NCBI GenBank assembly: GCA_964618565.1
Contig: CAZUBA010000001.1
Location: forward strand, 20,998-84,997
Direction: 5' to 3'
Source: an uncultured Candidatus Peribacteria bacterium
Lineage (GTDB): Bacteria > Patescibacteriota > Gracilibacteria > BD1-5 > UBA2023
DNA: 64,000 bases
A program made the position numbers and the translations under genes. Positions 1 through 11,822 of this stretch are shown here, piece by piece. The number at the start of each line of letters is the position of its first letter. Within the stretch, counting starts at the first letter, position 1. Below the pieces are notes generated by a model. It saw nothing but the letters and a program-made list of their open reading frames with translations. It was not told the origin of the DNA and did not search any database.

Positions 1-1097
1 TCAAAGTTTTCAAAAGTATGGAATAGCAAATGAGAGATTGATTCATATTTATCCAGGGCTTTCACGAATTCTGCTTCAGGAGTTTTTCAGGCCTCATATT
101 CAGCCCAGAGACTATATATATCATCTCATATTTTTTTAGGAAGCATGGTTCTGATAGATTCCATTGCTTTAAATTCTTCTGCATGTTTATCTTCTGGAGT
201 TACAACTCATGTATGTATAAGTATGTAATCATAATCTCATGTGATAGCCTCATTTATATCATGGAATAAGGAAATGTATATTGCTCTAGGGATATCAACA
301 TTCTGATTAAATCACTTTGCTGAGACAAATACCATAAAAGCTAGCCTAAAGCAATGTTCTGCAACCTTATCTTTCTTTTCAATAAGAGGACTCGATCCAT
401 ATCTTTCTGTCTCTTTAAGCTTTTGGGCCAGATGAAAGAAATCATAGAACTTATCGAAATCCTTAAATTCTTCATATTCTCAGTCTACTTCATATGCTTC
501 TTTCCATTCATAATTATGCTTAAGGTACAACTCTTTTAATTTATTGGCATAGCCAGCATAGAATCATCTTAATTCAGGACATTTTTGTAATGCATTTTTG
601 CAGTATCAAGCTACTTTATCTGGTATGTCTATATATTTTTCTCAGTAATACAACACATGATCTATGGATTCTATTTTCTCTATTAATTTTGCAAAAGTGG
701 ATTCCTTGCTTGACCATTCCTCATATTCTGACCAGAGCTCATATATTTCCTGTCATATCTCAGACGGCAGCATGCTCCTTATCTCTTCAATTGCCTCCAT
801 CTCTTTCTTATGTTTGTCTTCCTTGCTGACAAGTCATAAATACACAAGCCTATAATCAGTATCTTCAGCTATCGCCTCAACAAGATCATGAACCAATACA
901 AGCTTTATGACCTTAAAAAAATCCATCTTGAGTTCCAACTGCTTTCATACGACATATGCCATTACAATAGCTTTCCAGCTATGATCCGCAATTGATTCTT
1001 TAATCAACACCGCAGGCGTACTTCTCCATCTTTTGTTCTCTTTCATATTCTGCAGCAATTGCATGAAGTCAAACAGCTTCATCATATTTTGATCCAT
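1..1097 (-). CDS. tandem HD-domain phosphohydrolase (YfbR/HDDC2-like 5'-nucleotidase type); 3' end runs off the window
   Basis: ATG at 1097. Two repeats carry H..HD..D motifs: ...SIADHSWKAIVMAYVV...LVLVHDLVEAIAED... and ...VAEHCFRLAFMVFVS...SLFHDINEAITGD... The frame is open to position 1 only when TGA=Gly. Confidence 0.75.
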
Positions 1098-1109
1098 TTT
1101 CCAAATTGA

Positions 1110-1739
1110 TTAATATTTCTTTTTATCGTTAACCACAATGAATATCATAAACATCTTCCCATACGGATCTTCGATTTCATAATATTCTTTTATGCTGAAG
1201 AATCTTTCTAGCATTTCAGTAAGTTCTGCTTTTGTCCAATGTCTCCTATATCTTTTATGCAATCATTTATAATCTTTTTTCTCATCCCATCATTCCTTAG
1301 GAATTTCTGATTTTGTAGTAGTGATATATGCCACTCAATCCTCATTTAAGATTGATTTCATCTTATCAAGTATTTTTATGACTTCTTCCTCAGGGAATAG
1401 ATGAATAAATGCTTGTGCAAAAATTCAATCGAATTTTCAGAATTCTATATCTAGGAAATTTCAGCAAACATGCTCAACCGAAGGATTTCTTATCTGAGAA
1501 TAATTGATCATTTCTTGAGAAATGTCAGTGCCTTGCACTATATATCAATTTTCTCTTAGAATATTGATATCAACGCCAACGGAACAACCTATATCGAGAA
1601 TTTTTTTTCATTTCTCAATATGCTTTGTAAAAACCTTTTCAATTATCATTTTGTTATATTCATTTCTGACCTCTGATTTTTGCTCATATTCTGAGGCTAG
1701 GATGTCATAAGTTTCACGGTTCTTATTTATATGTGTCAT
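1110..1739 (-). CDS. class I SAM-dependent methyltransferase
   Basis: 209 aa, MTHINKNRETYDIL... Motif I is KILDIGCSVGVD. The stop is 13 nt upstream of the HD gene start. Confidence 0.8.
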
Positions 1740-1741
1740 GA

Positions 1742-2269
1742 TTAGAATTTTAATGATGTAAAAGAGTGCAGGTCAAGCCCATACCTATCGAAAACTTTTA
1801 CCGTAGAAAGATTTCAGACATCTTTTCATTCAAGTCAAAGAAGCTTCAATCATTCATATACGTTATTTTCGCTGCCTGACTCAACTTCTAGATATGGTGG
1901 AATCTTCGGCCAAGAATCTATCGAAAACTCAATATCATCTAGAGTATAGATAAGCCTTGAGTTCTCTTGATAATACTTTTCTTTAAAATCAAGCTTATTC
2001 AATATTTGAGCTGTTTTTTCAAAATCTTCAACTTTAACCTCGATTTCTTCAGTTTCATCTATTTTCTGACCCGTCTTCTGTTTGTAGGTGAGAGTTATAT
2101 TATTTCAGTCGTCCCTTAATCTGATCCATTCATTTGTATCCGGATTCATAACAAAAACCCATCTTTTCATGAGTTTTTCGCTATCTTCCTTGGCTCAAAT
2201 TTTTATAAGCTTATCCTTTACATCTTCAACATCAATATCAAGAACCTTTACTTCGTACTCTATCGCCAT
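1742..2269 (-). CDS. CYTH-domain protein (CyaB/triphosphate tunnel metalloenzyme family)
   Basis: 175 aa, MAIEYEVKVLDIDVEDVKDKL... The N-terminal ExExK signature (EYEVK) is present. The stop is 2 nt from the MTase start. Confidence 0.75.
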
Positions 2270-2292
2270 AATCATTTAATGAAAAAAATAAA

Positions 2293-2712
2293 TTATCGAA
2301 TCATTTCTTTAAAAGCCTCTATTGAATCAATGACATATTCAGGAACTAGTTCTGGAAGATCATTTATTCCAAACCATCTTATTTCATCGCATTTATGAGG
2401 TTCAAGGTTAACTATTTCTCAGGAGATTATTTTTGCAATGAATGAAAAGCTTACCCAGTGCTGCTTCTCTACGAAATGATCCATGTATCCAAGTGATTTA
2501 ACTATCTTTATATCTACTCAAATTTCTTCCTTGACTTCTCTTTTCAAAGCATTTTCAACTGTCTCTCAGAATTCTACCGTTCAACCGGTCCTAGACCAAT
2601 ATCAGACATCATTTTTACAATTCTTGCTTCGTTTCAAAAGAAGAACCTCATTATCATCATTGACAATCAGGCATCACACTCAAACTCAAATATAATCGGT
2701 TCAGGCTTTCAT
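2293..2712 (-). CDS. Nudix hydrolase
   Basis: 139 aa. Nudix box GGTVEFGETVENALKREVKEEIG, with several of the Gly encoded by TGA. Confidence 0.85.
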
Positions 2713-2733
2713 ATCTTTAAATTAATTTATGAT

Positions 2734-3195
2734 CTAAATTCTATCAAAAATTTCTTTGAAATACAATCAAAGCTTCAGCCTCTCTTTGAATTCATCTATT
2801 GCCGCTCTCGCAGGTTCTGTCAGAAGTTCTGGAATGGAATCAAGGTCAAACCATTTTAGCTCATCGCATTTATGGGGTTCCAGATTCTTAATCTCTCATC
2901 AGACTATCTTTGCAAGATAAGTAGGGGATACCCAATGTTGCTTATCATCCTTGATTATGTGATCAGTCAAAGAAAGCAGTTTGATTATCTTGATGTCGAC
3001 ATCCAGCTCTTCTTTTGTTTCTCTTTTTGTGGCCTCTTCAAATGATTCTCAATATTCGACTGTTCATCCTGACAATCCCCAATATCATCTTTGATTTTTG
3101 GATTGTTGGCTTCTTTTCATAAGCAGAATCTGATTATCGGCATTCACTATCATACATCCGGTTCCTACTCATATGCAGTCTGTTCAAAGTATCAT
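2734..3195 (-). CDS. Nudix hydrolase (paralog of 2293..2712)
   Basis: 153 aa. Nudix box GGTVEYGESFEEATKRETKEEL. Shares ...EPHKCDE(I/L)(R/K)WF... with its neighbour. Confidence 0.85.
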
Positions 3196-3211
3196 TTTTT
3201 TTAGGTTATAT

Positions 3212-4645
3212 TTAATCCAAGTATTTCTTAAAAAGATCATTGAAAATTTTTGGGTTTCATTGACCTTTGCTTTCTTTCATAGCTTGTCATACGAAGTATC
3301 AGAAAAGATTCACTTTTCAAGCTTTATAATCAGCTAATTGGGCTGGATTATTTTCAATGACTTTTTTAACCACTTCTTCTAGTGCTCATAGATCATTTTT
3401 CTGTCTTAATCATAGTCTGTCTGCTATTTCTCAAGTGTTTCCTCAATTTCTGAATAATTCCTCAATTACAGCCTTCGCATTTGTAGATGATAATTCTTCT
3501 TTATTGATAAGGTTTATGACTTCAGCAAGTTCATCGGCCTTGAATTTCAAATCATTAAATCAGATATCTTCAGGAGATTCTTTAAAATGAGCAAGCAGAA
3601 CAGTTGTAATATATGAGCAGGATTTTTTAGGATCATTAGTCAATTTTACAAGGTTTTCAAAATAGTCTGAGATCGGCTTCTCATTTGATAAAATCCTAGC
3701 ATCATCTTCCTGAAGCTTATACTCTTCAAGATATCTGATTCTCCTATCCATTGGCAGTTCGCTTATCTGTCTTTCTTCAATGTATGCTTTTGTAAGAACA
3801 AGCGGCGGAAGATCAGGCTCTGGAAAATATCTGTAATCCATCGCATCTTCTTTGCTCCTAAGTGATTGGGAAGTTCATTTTTCATCATTCCATCATCTTG
3901 TTTCCTGATCTATTTTTTCTCATTTTTCATACATCTTAACTTGACGCTTGAATTCAGTGTCTATTGCTCTTCAGATCGATGCGAATGAATTCATATTTTT
4001 GATTTCGACTCTATTATTTAGAATATTCTCTCATTTCAGCCTTATTGAAATATTCACATCACATCTCAGTTGTCATTTATCCATATCAGCATCCGATGCT
4101 CAAGAGAATCTTATGATTTTCTGCAGCTCTTCCAGATAGGCAAGCACGTCTTCTTTTGACCTGAAATCCGGCTCAGTTACTATCTCCATTAGGGGGCTTC
4201 ACACGCGATTGAAATCACAAAGTGTTTTTGTTCAGGCATGCACCAGCTTTCAGGCATCACTTTCTATGTGCATCCTGTTAATTCTGAATGTTTTGAGTTC
4301 AGAGCCTACAAAAGCCTTTACTTCTCAATGTTCGACTATCGGGTGATATAACTGAGTTATTTGGTAACCTGTAGGGGAATCGGGATAAAAATATGATTTC
4401 CTGTCGAATTGTGATTTTTCATTTACTGTACACCTCATTGCGTGCCCAGCTTTAACTGCCAAATTCACAACTTCTTTATTCAGAACCGGCAACATTCAGG
4501 GAAATCACATGCAAATAGGACAAACATTTTCATTTGGCTCTTCAGCTAATGCTACTGCATTTTTACAGCTGCAGAACATTTTGGTTGCTGATTTGACCCT
4601 TACGTGTGTTTCCAGTCACATCACTATTTCATATTTTTCGTTCAT
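3212..4645 (-). CDS. gatB: Asp-tRNA(Asn)/Glu-tRNA(Gln) amidotransferase subunit B
   Basis: 477 aa: [17 protein letters not shown]...CPICMGFPGMLPVLN...[13 protein letters not shown]...[13 protein letters not shown]. The ORF-track piece 3560..3841 is an internal fragment of it. Confidence 0.95.
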
Positions 4646-4886
4646 GTTTTTGTTGTTATTGGCTATATTTACTGTTATTCTGGACTTGATTCATAATCTA
4701 AAAAATGAGATAACTCCATTTAATAGGTTTTTGGTGTCCATTGAATGACAAATCGTTTGGAAAAAACTGGATAATTTTATAATTTTTATTTTAAAATGCA
4801 AATCAAATAGGCATAAATCAAGTCACTTTTGACAACTTTAGGATTTTATGATATACTCAAGGCAGTAATTTTTTTTTAAAAAATAA

Positions 4887-5741
4887 ATGTCTATATCGCA
4901 ACTTGAAGATATCATTCTTCAAACAGTAAGCAATCAGAGCCAGACATGATCAAAAAAAGCCTGAGGTATAACGGAGGAATCTACAGGGCTAAAAGGCCAT
5001 GAATGATCACAAACGAACCTATGGTGATGACAGGAGTCTCTAGGGAAACTTAAATGAGTTGTGTCATTGGCAGATGAGCTTAAGACTTCAACTGGGCAGA
5101 TGGTCGCAGATGTTATAGTCAGGGCAAAATCTTGATCTCCAGAGGATATTTGAAATTTGATCAGAGACAATACGATGGATTTCCCTAATCATAAATGAGA
5201 AATAGTAGTTTTTGCAGATATCTCAGATTGCGGACAACTCCAAGAGCTGCAGAATGAAGATCCTGAAACTATTTTGGGTTCAATGAAAAAAGTTAAAGTT
5301 GTTGCAGATCCCCAAAGCTGAGAATTGATGCTTATGATCGATACCTGAAATGAAGATGCAAAGAAATTCAGCGCATATAAGAATCCGGCATATTCAATAA
5401 GCATTGTTTATTATGATGTATGATTCACAACCACGACTATCGCAGTGAAACATTGAAACCTGACAAACGAAGTAACATTAAATTTCAATATCGAGATAAC
5501 TGATTTCACTGAGGGCTCAAATGTGATCAAAAGATTATCTTGCTGATGAAGGGAAAACTGACAGATGTTGAATATCTATAGGAATAGGCTACGATGAGTT
5601 AATAGAAATTATGCCCATTATCTAGAAAGATTAAACACTTCAGTTACAAAAGAAGAGGTTTTCAATACATTCATAGAAATGCTGGAGTATGGTTTTTTCA
5701 ATAAGGATTTTGATAAAATGTTTTGAATTGAAGAAAAATAA
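4887..5741 (+). CDS. hypothetical protein
   Basis: 284-aa open frame under code 25 (MSISQLEDIILQTV...FGIEEK). No motif recognised. Confidence 0.55.
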
Positions 5742-5803
5742 TCGATAAACAGATTATTTTTGATACTTTTGCTTGATTTTTAGCATTTTTATATATAATA
5801 AGC

Positions 5804-5846
5804 GAGACTTTTTTCGGAAAATGAAAGAAAGTCTCCTTTTTGTTTT
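5804..5846 (+). terminator. Rho-independent terminator-like hairpin
   Basis: GAGACTTT...AAAGTCTC 8-bp stem followed by CTTTTTGTTTT, downstream of CDS 4887..5741. Confidence 0.5.
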
Positions 5847-5938
5847 ATTTACAAATGTATATTCCTGGCCCGTAAGCGGGACGATTTATACATGTAGCTC
5901 AAGAAGGTCAAGGATTATTTTTTTACAAACATATTTTT

Positions 5939-6703
5939 ATGTCTGATTCTACATTAATTAAGGAAATGCTGGACAATGCAGTCCACATCTGATACAAGAG
6001 ACAATATTGGTCTCCAAAAATGAGAGATTACATACATGGTATCCAAAACGGAATCCACGTTTTTGATCTTTATAAGACTTGTGCTAAGCTAGAAGAAGTA
6101 AGAGCTATTCTTGCAAATCTTGCTGAAAACGGAAAAGAAGTGTTAATCGTTGGTACAAAAGTTCAGGCTAGAGACCTTGTTAAGGAATTGGCAATCTCAA
6201 CTAATCACCATTTCGTTATCGATAAATGGGTTCCAGGACTACTTACAAACTTCTCGACACTTAAAAGAAGAATCTTCACATACAATAAATTAGAAAAAGA
6301 CGCTGAAACCGGAGTTCTTGATATGCTTACTAAAAAAGAGAAAGCTATGAAGATGAAGGAGTTAGAAAAGCTTAAAAAAGCTTACGAAGGACTTAAAGAA
6401 CTTAAAAAGACTCCAGATGCAGTATTTGTTATCGATGGACATTACGAAGGACTTGCTCTAACTGAGGCTAGAATCCTTAAAATCCCATCATTTGCACTTC
6501 TTGGTTCTACTGGAGATATTGATTCTTGTACAAATTTCATTCCTTGTAATGTAAATTCAATCAAGGCAATCAAATTCATGCTTGATCAATTAAAGCCTAC
6601 ACTTACTCGCAAAAAAATAGAAAAACCTTTTGCTGCTCCTGAAGCTGCTAGGCCTCCTAGAAATCCAAATCCAATCAAAAGAGATAGAGTTCCAACTGCA
6701 TAA
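5939..6703 (+). CDS. rpsB: 30S ribosomal protein S2
   Basis: MSDSTLIKEMLDNAVHI(TGA=G)YKRQYWSPKMRDYIHGIQNGIHVFDL... The track ORF 6020..6703 is the same frame truncated by the TGA at the conserved Gly of VHFGH. Confidence 0.95.
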
Positions 6704-6723
6704 TACTTTAACTCTCATATCAT

Positions 6724-7107
6724 ATGAATGAAGATAATAACAATCTATTTGTAGATGAGGAGGAACTTACCGGTAAGCCTACAAAAGAGGATAGAGTGCT
6801 TTGAGCGATATGCTACGCACATTTTCTATTCTTAGTCCCTTTCCTTCTGCAAAAAGATTCAGAATTCCTCAAGTTTCACATGAAACAATGATGAGTCTTA
6901 TATGTATTATTTGTCCTTGTCAATTTCATTTCTGCAGTTTTTTTCCCTATAAATATATCTTTGAGGCTTGTTTGAATCCTTTTTCTAGCATATACTTGAA
7001 TTGGAATATTAAACTGATATAAAGCATATCTTGGTCAAAAGAATGAAATCTGATTCTTAAAGGAATTAGTTGCAAAAGTAGGGGAGAAGATGAATGAGAA
7101 ACAATAA
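6724..7107 (+). CDS. small membrane protein, DUF4870-like
   Basis: 127 aa: ...GAICYAHFLFLVPFLLQKDSEFLKFHMKQGGVLYVLFVL... This pattern is typical of the DUF4870/Tic20-like family. Confidence 0.6.
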
Positions 7108-7131
7108 ATTTAAAAAATCAAAATATACACG

Positions 7132-7164
7132 TTGTAGAGACAAGGTATTGCCTTGTCTCTACAA
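7132..7164 (+). terminator. perfect 14-bp hairpin between the DUF4870-like gene and tsf
   Basis: TTGTAGAGACAAGG tattg CCTTGTCTCTACAA. The T-tract is weak, so this could be a terminator or an RNA processing/regulatory hairpin. Confidence 0.4.
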
Positions 7165-7198
7165 TAACAAAATCTTTAATCATTAATCCATAATTATC

Positions 7199-7987
7199 AT
7201 GGTAACTGCACAATTAATCAAAGAATTAAGAGAAAGAACATGAGTGGGTATGTCTGACTGTAAGAGCGCACTAGTTGAAACAGACGGAGATATGGACGCT
7301 GCTATTGAACTTCTTAGAAAAAAGGGTTTCGCAAAAGCTGCCAAAAGAGCAGATAACGAAACTAAAGAAGGTAAAATCAAAATCGAGAATGATGGTAAGA
7401 CTGCTTATGTTGTTTCTGTTTCTTGTGAGACTGACTTCGTTTCTAGAAATGAGACTTACGATGAAATGCTTAATAAATTCGTAGAAATCAGAAAAGCTTC
7501 TGCTACTGATGAGGAGGCTATAGCCAAATCTGAAGATCTTAAATCTACAGAATACCAACTTAAAATCGGTGAAAACATGAAAATTCAAGCGCTTTCAAAA
7601 ATTGAAGGAGAAGTAATTGAATCTTACGTTCATTCAAATAGCAAAGTGGCTGCAATTATCGTTGCAAAAGCTGGAACTGATCCAGAAAAACTTAAGATGG
7701 TCGCTATGCATATAACTGCAACTGATCCAGAAGTGCTTTCACCAAGCGATATTTCTGACGAGGCTGTAGCTAAAGAAAAAGAAATCCAACTTGAGCTTAT
7801 GAGTCAAGATCCAAAAAATGCAGGTAAACCTGCTGAAATCATGCTTAAGATCATTGAGGGTAAAATGACAAAATTCAGAGAAGAGAATGCACTTCTTACT
7901 CAACAATTCGTTGTTAATCCTGACCAAAAAGTCCAAGATTTTATCGGAGCTGATTCGATAGTTTCTTTCAAGAGATACGCTATATAA
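7199..7987 (+). CDS. tsf: elongation factor Ts
   Basis: MVTAQLIKELRERT(TGA=G)VGMSDCKSALVETDGDMDAAIELLRKKG... UBA-like N-terminus. The track ORF 7244..7987 is the same frame. Confidence 0.95.
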
Positions 7988-7997
7988 TTTTAATCAG

Positions 7998-8465
7998 ATG
8001 AAATACGAACTTCCACCAAAAATCAAGATATATGAAGCATTAGGTTCGCTTTGAGACAATCGTATTGAATTAGTCTCAGATAAAGAATCTAAATGTTATT
8101 CTTCAAGCAGGTGAAAGTTCTATACGATAAATTTCGACTGAGAGAACAAGATATACGCGAACGACAATTGAACTTACTGGAAAAATTACCTCTGATATCC
8201 TTCGATCGCCCATCTCCTCATGATCTGAAAATTGGATTATGATAAAAAATATGAAGAAGCATTGAAAGACATCAAATGGAAGGATATCAACCAGGACTTC
8301 AAAAATGATTTCGACAAGACTGCAGAATACATCCATTGACTATTAATCGAAAGATGATATGATCTAGAAGAATTTCTCCAAGAAGTCGATAGGGTATTCG
8401 CCCAGATCGTCTCCCTAGACCTGGAACTACTCCTCCCAAAGGTAAAACCACCTGAAGGTTACTAA
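7998..8465 (+). CDS. hypothetical protein
   Basis: 155 aa, MKYELPPKIKIYEALGSLGDNRIELV... No motif recognised. Followed by an 8-bp hairpin GATTGAGG...CCTCAATC. Confidence 0.55.
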
Positions 8466-8523
8466 CATAAAAACAATAGGATTGAGGCCTAGTTTCTAAT
8501 TTCTCACCCCTCAATCTTCATAA

Positions 8524-8598
8524 AGCCCCATAGTTCATCGGTTAGAATTCAGGATTCCAAATCCTGCGAGCTGTGTTCGATTCACAGTGGGGCTGCCA
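8524..8598 (+). tRNA. tRNA-Trp (anticodon CCA)
   Basis: 75-nt cloverleaf folded by hand. Acceptor AGCCCCA/TGGGGCT, D arm GTTC-ATCGGTTA-GAAT, anticodon arm CAGGA-TTCCAAA-TCCTG, T arm CTGTG-TTCGATT-CACAG, discriminator G, encoded CCA. Confidence 0.93.
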
Positions 8599-10299
8599 AA
8601 TAGATTTACAAGAAAATTCATCGAAAGATGGATTTTTTTGATGGCTTGTTAATGCGAAGATAGGGTACATATTAGGTGTGTGGGATGAAATTTCTTCGTA
8701 AGTCGGTTTTTCTTGAAAAATGAACCTAAATATGAGCTCTATCATCACTGGATTTTCTTTGTCAAAAGCCATTTTGTCAGTGTGTGAGATGCAATTTTGT
8801 ACGAACTTAATAAATTCTGATTTATTAATTTCAAGTGCATTTGAAGTGTTTAATAGCCCTGATCTTTCATTTATTATATCTTCATCAATTTTCTGTAGTT
8901 GCTTCTCAATTATTTCGATAGTCTTAGGGAGATGCAGATATTTGGTTATATTTTCTTCAACTAGTGCCTTCTGAGCTTCAAGCTCTTTAATTTTGTTCAC
9001 TGTTTCTGAGGTAATATTAGTATTTGATTTTGCTTTACTATCAAAATATATTCATGATATATGATCTAGAGCTTTCAATAGTCAATTATTTGGTTTTACT
9101 TCTTTTAGGAATGACTTTATCACCTTATCTGCTTCGTCTCTCCTGACTGAATAATTCTTATGCTTATCTGGTCCTTGAACATTTTTCTTTCATTTACACT
9201 GATAATAATGATGATATGTTCAATTTTTTGATGTTGATTTATTTGGAGTCAAGTAACCTCAACACACAGGGCAACCTAACACTCTTGCAAATGAGTATTC
9301 TGGCCTGTAAGTCTTCCTTTCTTCTTTAATAGGCTCAAAGCTCTCTTTTCATTTTTTTGAGTATATGATTTCTATCACTCATTCTGAATCCTCTATAATT
9401 TGTATCTTTCACCTATTAGCCTTATTCCAAGTGGATATATCTACAAGACTTTGGTATCAGTCAAAATATAGCATTTTAACCGGCTTATGACCGGTCCATT
9501 TTTCTTTCTTTATGCCTGCATACACTGGATTTACCACGAGCCTCTGTAAATACTTTATCGTCAAAGGTACCGGTCATTTATTTTTAAAGGGTCTTGTTTT
9601 AAATCCCATCATATTTATTTCATTTACTATCTCATAATCCGGAATTCATATTTGTCTAAGTTCATATATTTTTTTGAGCCATACAGATTCGATTTCATGA
9701 TTAACCTCTATAACCTTAGCTTTACCTTCATTGTTCTTTATCTTGATATTTTTTAATCAAAAATGTGCTTGTCTTTGATGATATCCATCTTTGGTGTTTC
9801 TTATTTCCTGAGATATGGTTCTTTGAAGCATTTTATTTTTCTCATTCTTTGCCATCATTACCATTAATTCTTCAGCATATTCACTCGGATTTTCAAACAT
9901 AAAATCATACCCATCCGTATTTACTCAATCTATTTCAATAACTTTGAATGCATCTCAAATTACTCAATTTATGTCATATAACTTTACTCAGACATTTTTA
10001 AACATGTCTTTAATTCAATAATGTACATCATGTCATCATCTCGAGTTTCTATCAATATTATATATATAACATTTTGAAATTTTTACTTTAGATGCCTTAA
10101 TGAATTCAAGTGCCTTTTTTATTCAAGGTCTATCTTTTTTGGATCATGTAAATACATCAGAAATAGTCTGTAATAATATTTCTCACTTATTATTAACAAC
10201 CCTCTCAATAGCTTTTTCCTGAACATCGAGGCTATCTCAGAAGCGTCCTTGTTTTTCAGATGATACCCTCGTTAGTCAGATTGCATATATTAGCTCCAT
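8542..10299 (-). CDS. large serine recombinase (integrase)
   Basis: 585 aa: MELIYAIGLTRVSSEKQGRFGDSLDVQEKAIE... (resolvase catalytic-Ser motif). Central recombinase region, then a Zn-ribbon ...GCPVCGGYLTPN...YYQCKG..., then a coiled-coil tail. The last 19 codons (...SIWQPHCESNTARRIWNPEF*) are antisense to the tRNA-Trp 3' half. Confidence 0.9.
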
Positions 10300-10386
10300 A
10301 GATGTGTTATTATATTATAATATTTTTTTGATTTTTTATTTTGTACATTGCTATCTATATATAATACAAATAAATCATCATTTATC

Positions 10387-10527
10387 CTATCATTTTTTAA
10401 TATATGAATCATAGCATACTGATATGAAACTTATTAGCTGACCAAATACAATATCCATTTGATCTTCTTGTATTCAATCTTCTTTAAGTAGCTTTTTGAT
10501 ATGCTCAATTTGATTTTTAGTTAACAT
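10387..10527 (-). CDS. small hypothetical protein (possible directionality factor; speculative)
   Basis: 46-aa ORF MLTKNQIEHIKKLLKEDGIQEDQMDIVFGQLISF..., upstream of and co-oriented with the recombinase. Only position supports this call. Confidence 0.25.
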
Positions 10528-10926
10528 TGCTTCTTATGGTAAGTTTTATCAACCTTGTTGAGTTGTTACCTTTGGATATAAGAAGTTAGAAAAAATAAAT
10601 CTCACACACGGGAAATTGCTTTAACAAATTAAATATAATCCCTCATATGTATAGAAGGATTTTATAGTTTGTTTTATTCATCATATCTGAATAGTAATGT
10701 TTGTTTCTTTCATGAATTGCATATTTTTTGTTTATCAATATAATCGGAGTGCTTACAATACATTTATTTTTTCAATCTTCTTATAACAAGACGGATTTTT
10801 GTTGATTATAAGATTGGGGAGTCATGCGAACTCTCCAATCAACTTGGAAAAGTAATATGTATTGTAAGCTAATATATATGCATGGCTCTCCTAATTATTA
10901 GCTCTAAACTTATGGATTATAAGAAG

Positions 10927-10954
10927 CCGGAATATATATTTTTCCGGTTTTTTT
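10927..10954 (+). terminator. Rho-independent terminator-like hairpin
   Basis: CCGGAA tatatattt TTCCGG followed by TTTTTTT. Confidence 0.5.
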
Positions 10955-10973
10955 ATTCTATAAAAAGAAGCTT

Positions 10974-11591
10974 ATGAAATGCTACAATCATAACGAAAGC
11001 GATGCAGTCGGACAATGCGGAATATGCTGAATATGAATTTGCAGGGATTGCATATCGAATATGACATTTGATAATAAGATCCTATGCAAAAGATGTTCGT
11101 GAAATGCATATACTGAAGTCAAGATAGATGAGAATCTTCTCAAAAAAGATATTCTGCTTGTGTGCAGTTGGTGGATATTATGACTATTCCTGGTCATATC
11201 ATTGTGATGATGACTTATGGAGTTCAGCGGGAAATCTTACATTGGATTATTGGGAATGTCTATAGACAGGTGATTTTGAATCTCATTCATTGCAATGACA
11301 TATTACTTGCTATACAGAATATGGAAATATATACCGTCTATATCAGGCATCTTGCCTGGCTTCTTCACATCAAATATGATAGTTTTGATTATTCTTTATA
11401 TGCTTATGTTTTCAATTGTTTTAAGTTGGTGGTTTCTTTATGTTCTATTTATTTTTCCAATAACTCATATCAGATATCTTAACTGATCATTTTGAAGTCA
11501 GAATAACGGAAAATATATGCTCAAGGTGAGTGGTATATATTTCCTGTTTGCTGTTACTTTCATCGTACTTATGTATTATGGATTGTTCTAA
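10974..11591 (+). CDS. B-box-type zinc-finger membrane protein
   Basis: 205 aa: MKCYNHNESDAVGQCGICGIGICRDCIS...CKRCS (Cys/His cluster), followed by several hydrophobic helices. Confidence 0.6.
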
Positions 11592-11639
11592 ATATGTTGA
11601 TGATACGAAAATACTAAAATTATAGTAGATTTTGATTTT

Positions 11640-11670
11640 AAAGAACCATTGTTATATACAATGGTTCTTT
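11640..11670 (+). terminator. perfect 13-bp hairpin terminator candidate
   Basis: AAAGAACCATTGT tatat ACAATGGTTCTTT, just downstream of CDS 10974..11591. Confidence 0.5.
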
Positions 11671-11822
11671 ACTTATATACATATAATTCTGATTAAAATC
11701 ATGTTAACTCTTATATCATATAGGCAGATATCACATTTTTTAGATTCTTTGTATAAACGGGAATTTATTTTTATTATTTAATCAGTTGAATTTATTTCTA
11801 AATAATATTAACAATATAGCGT

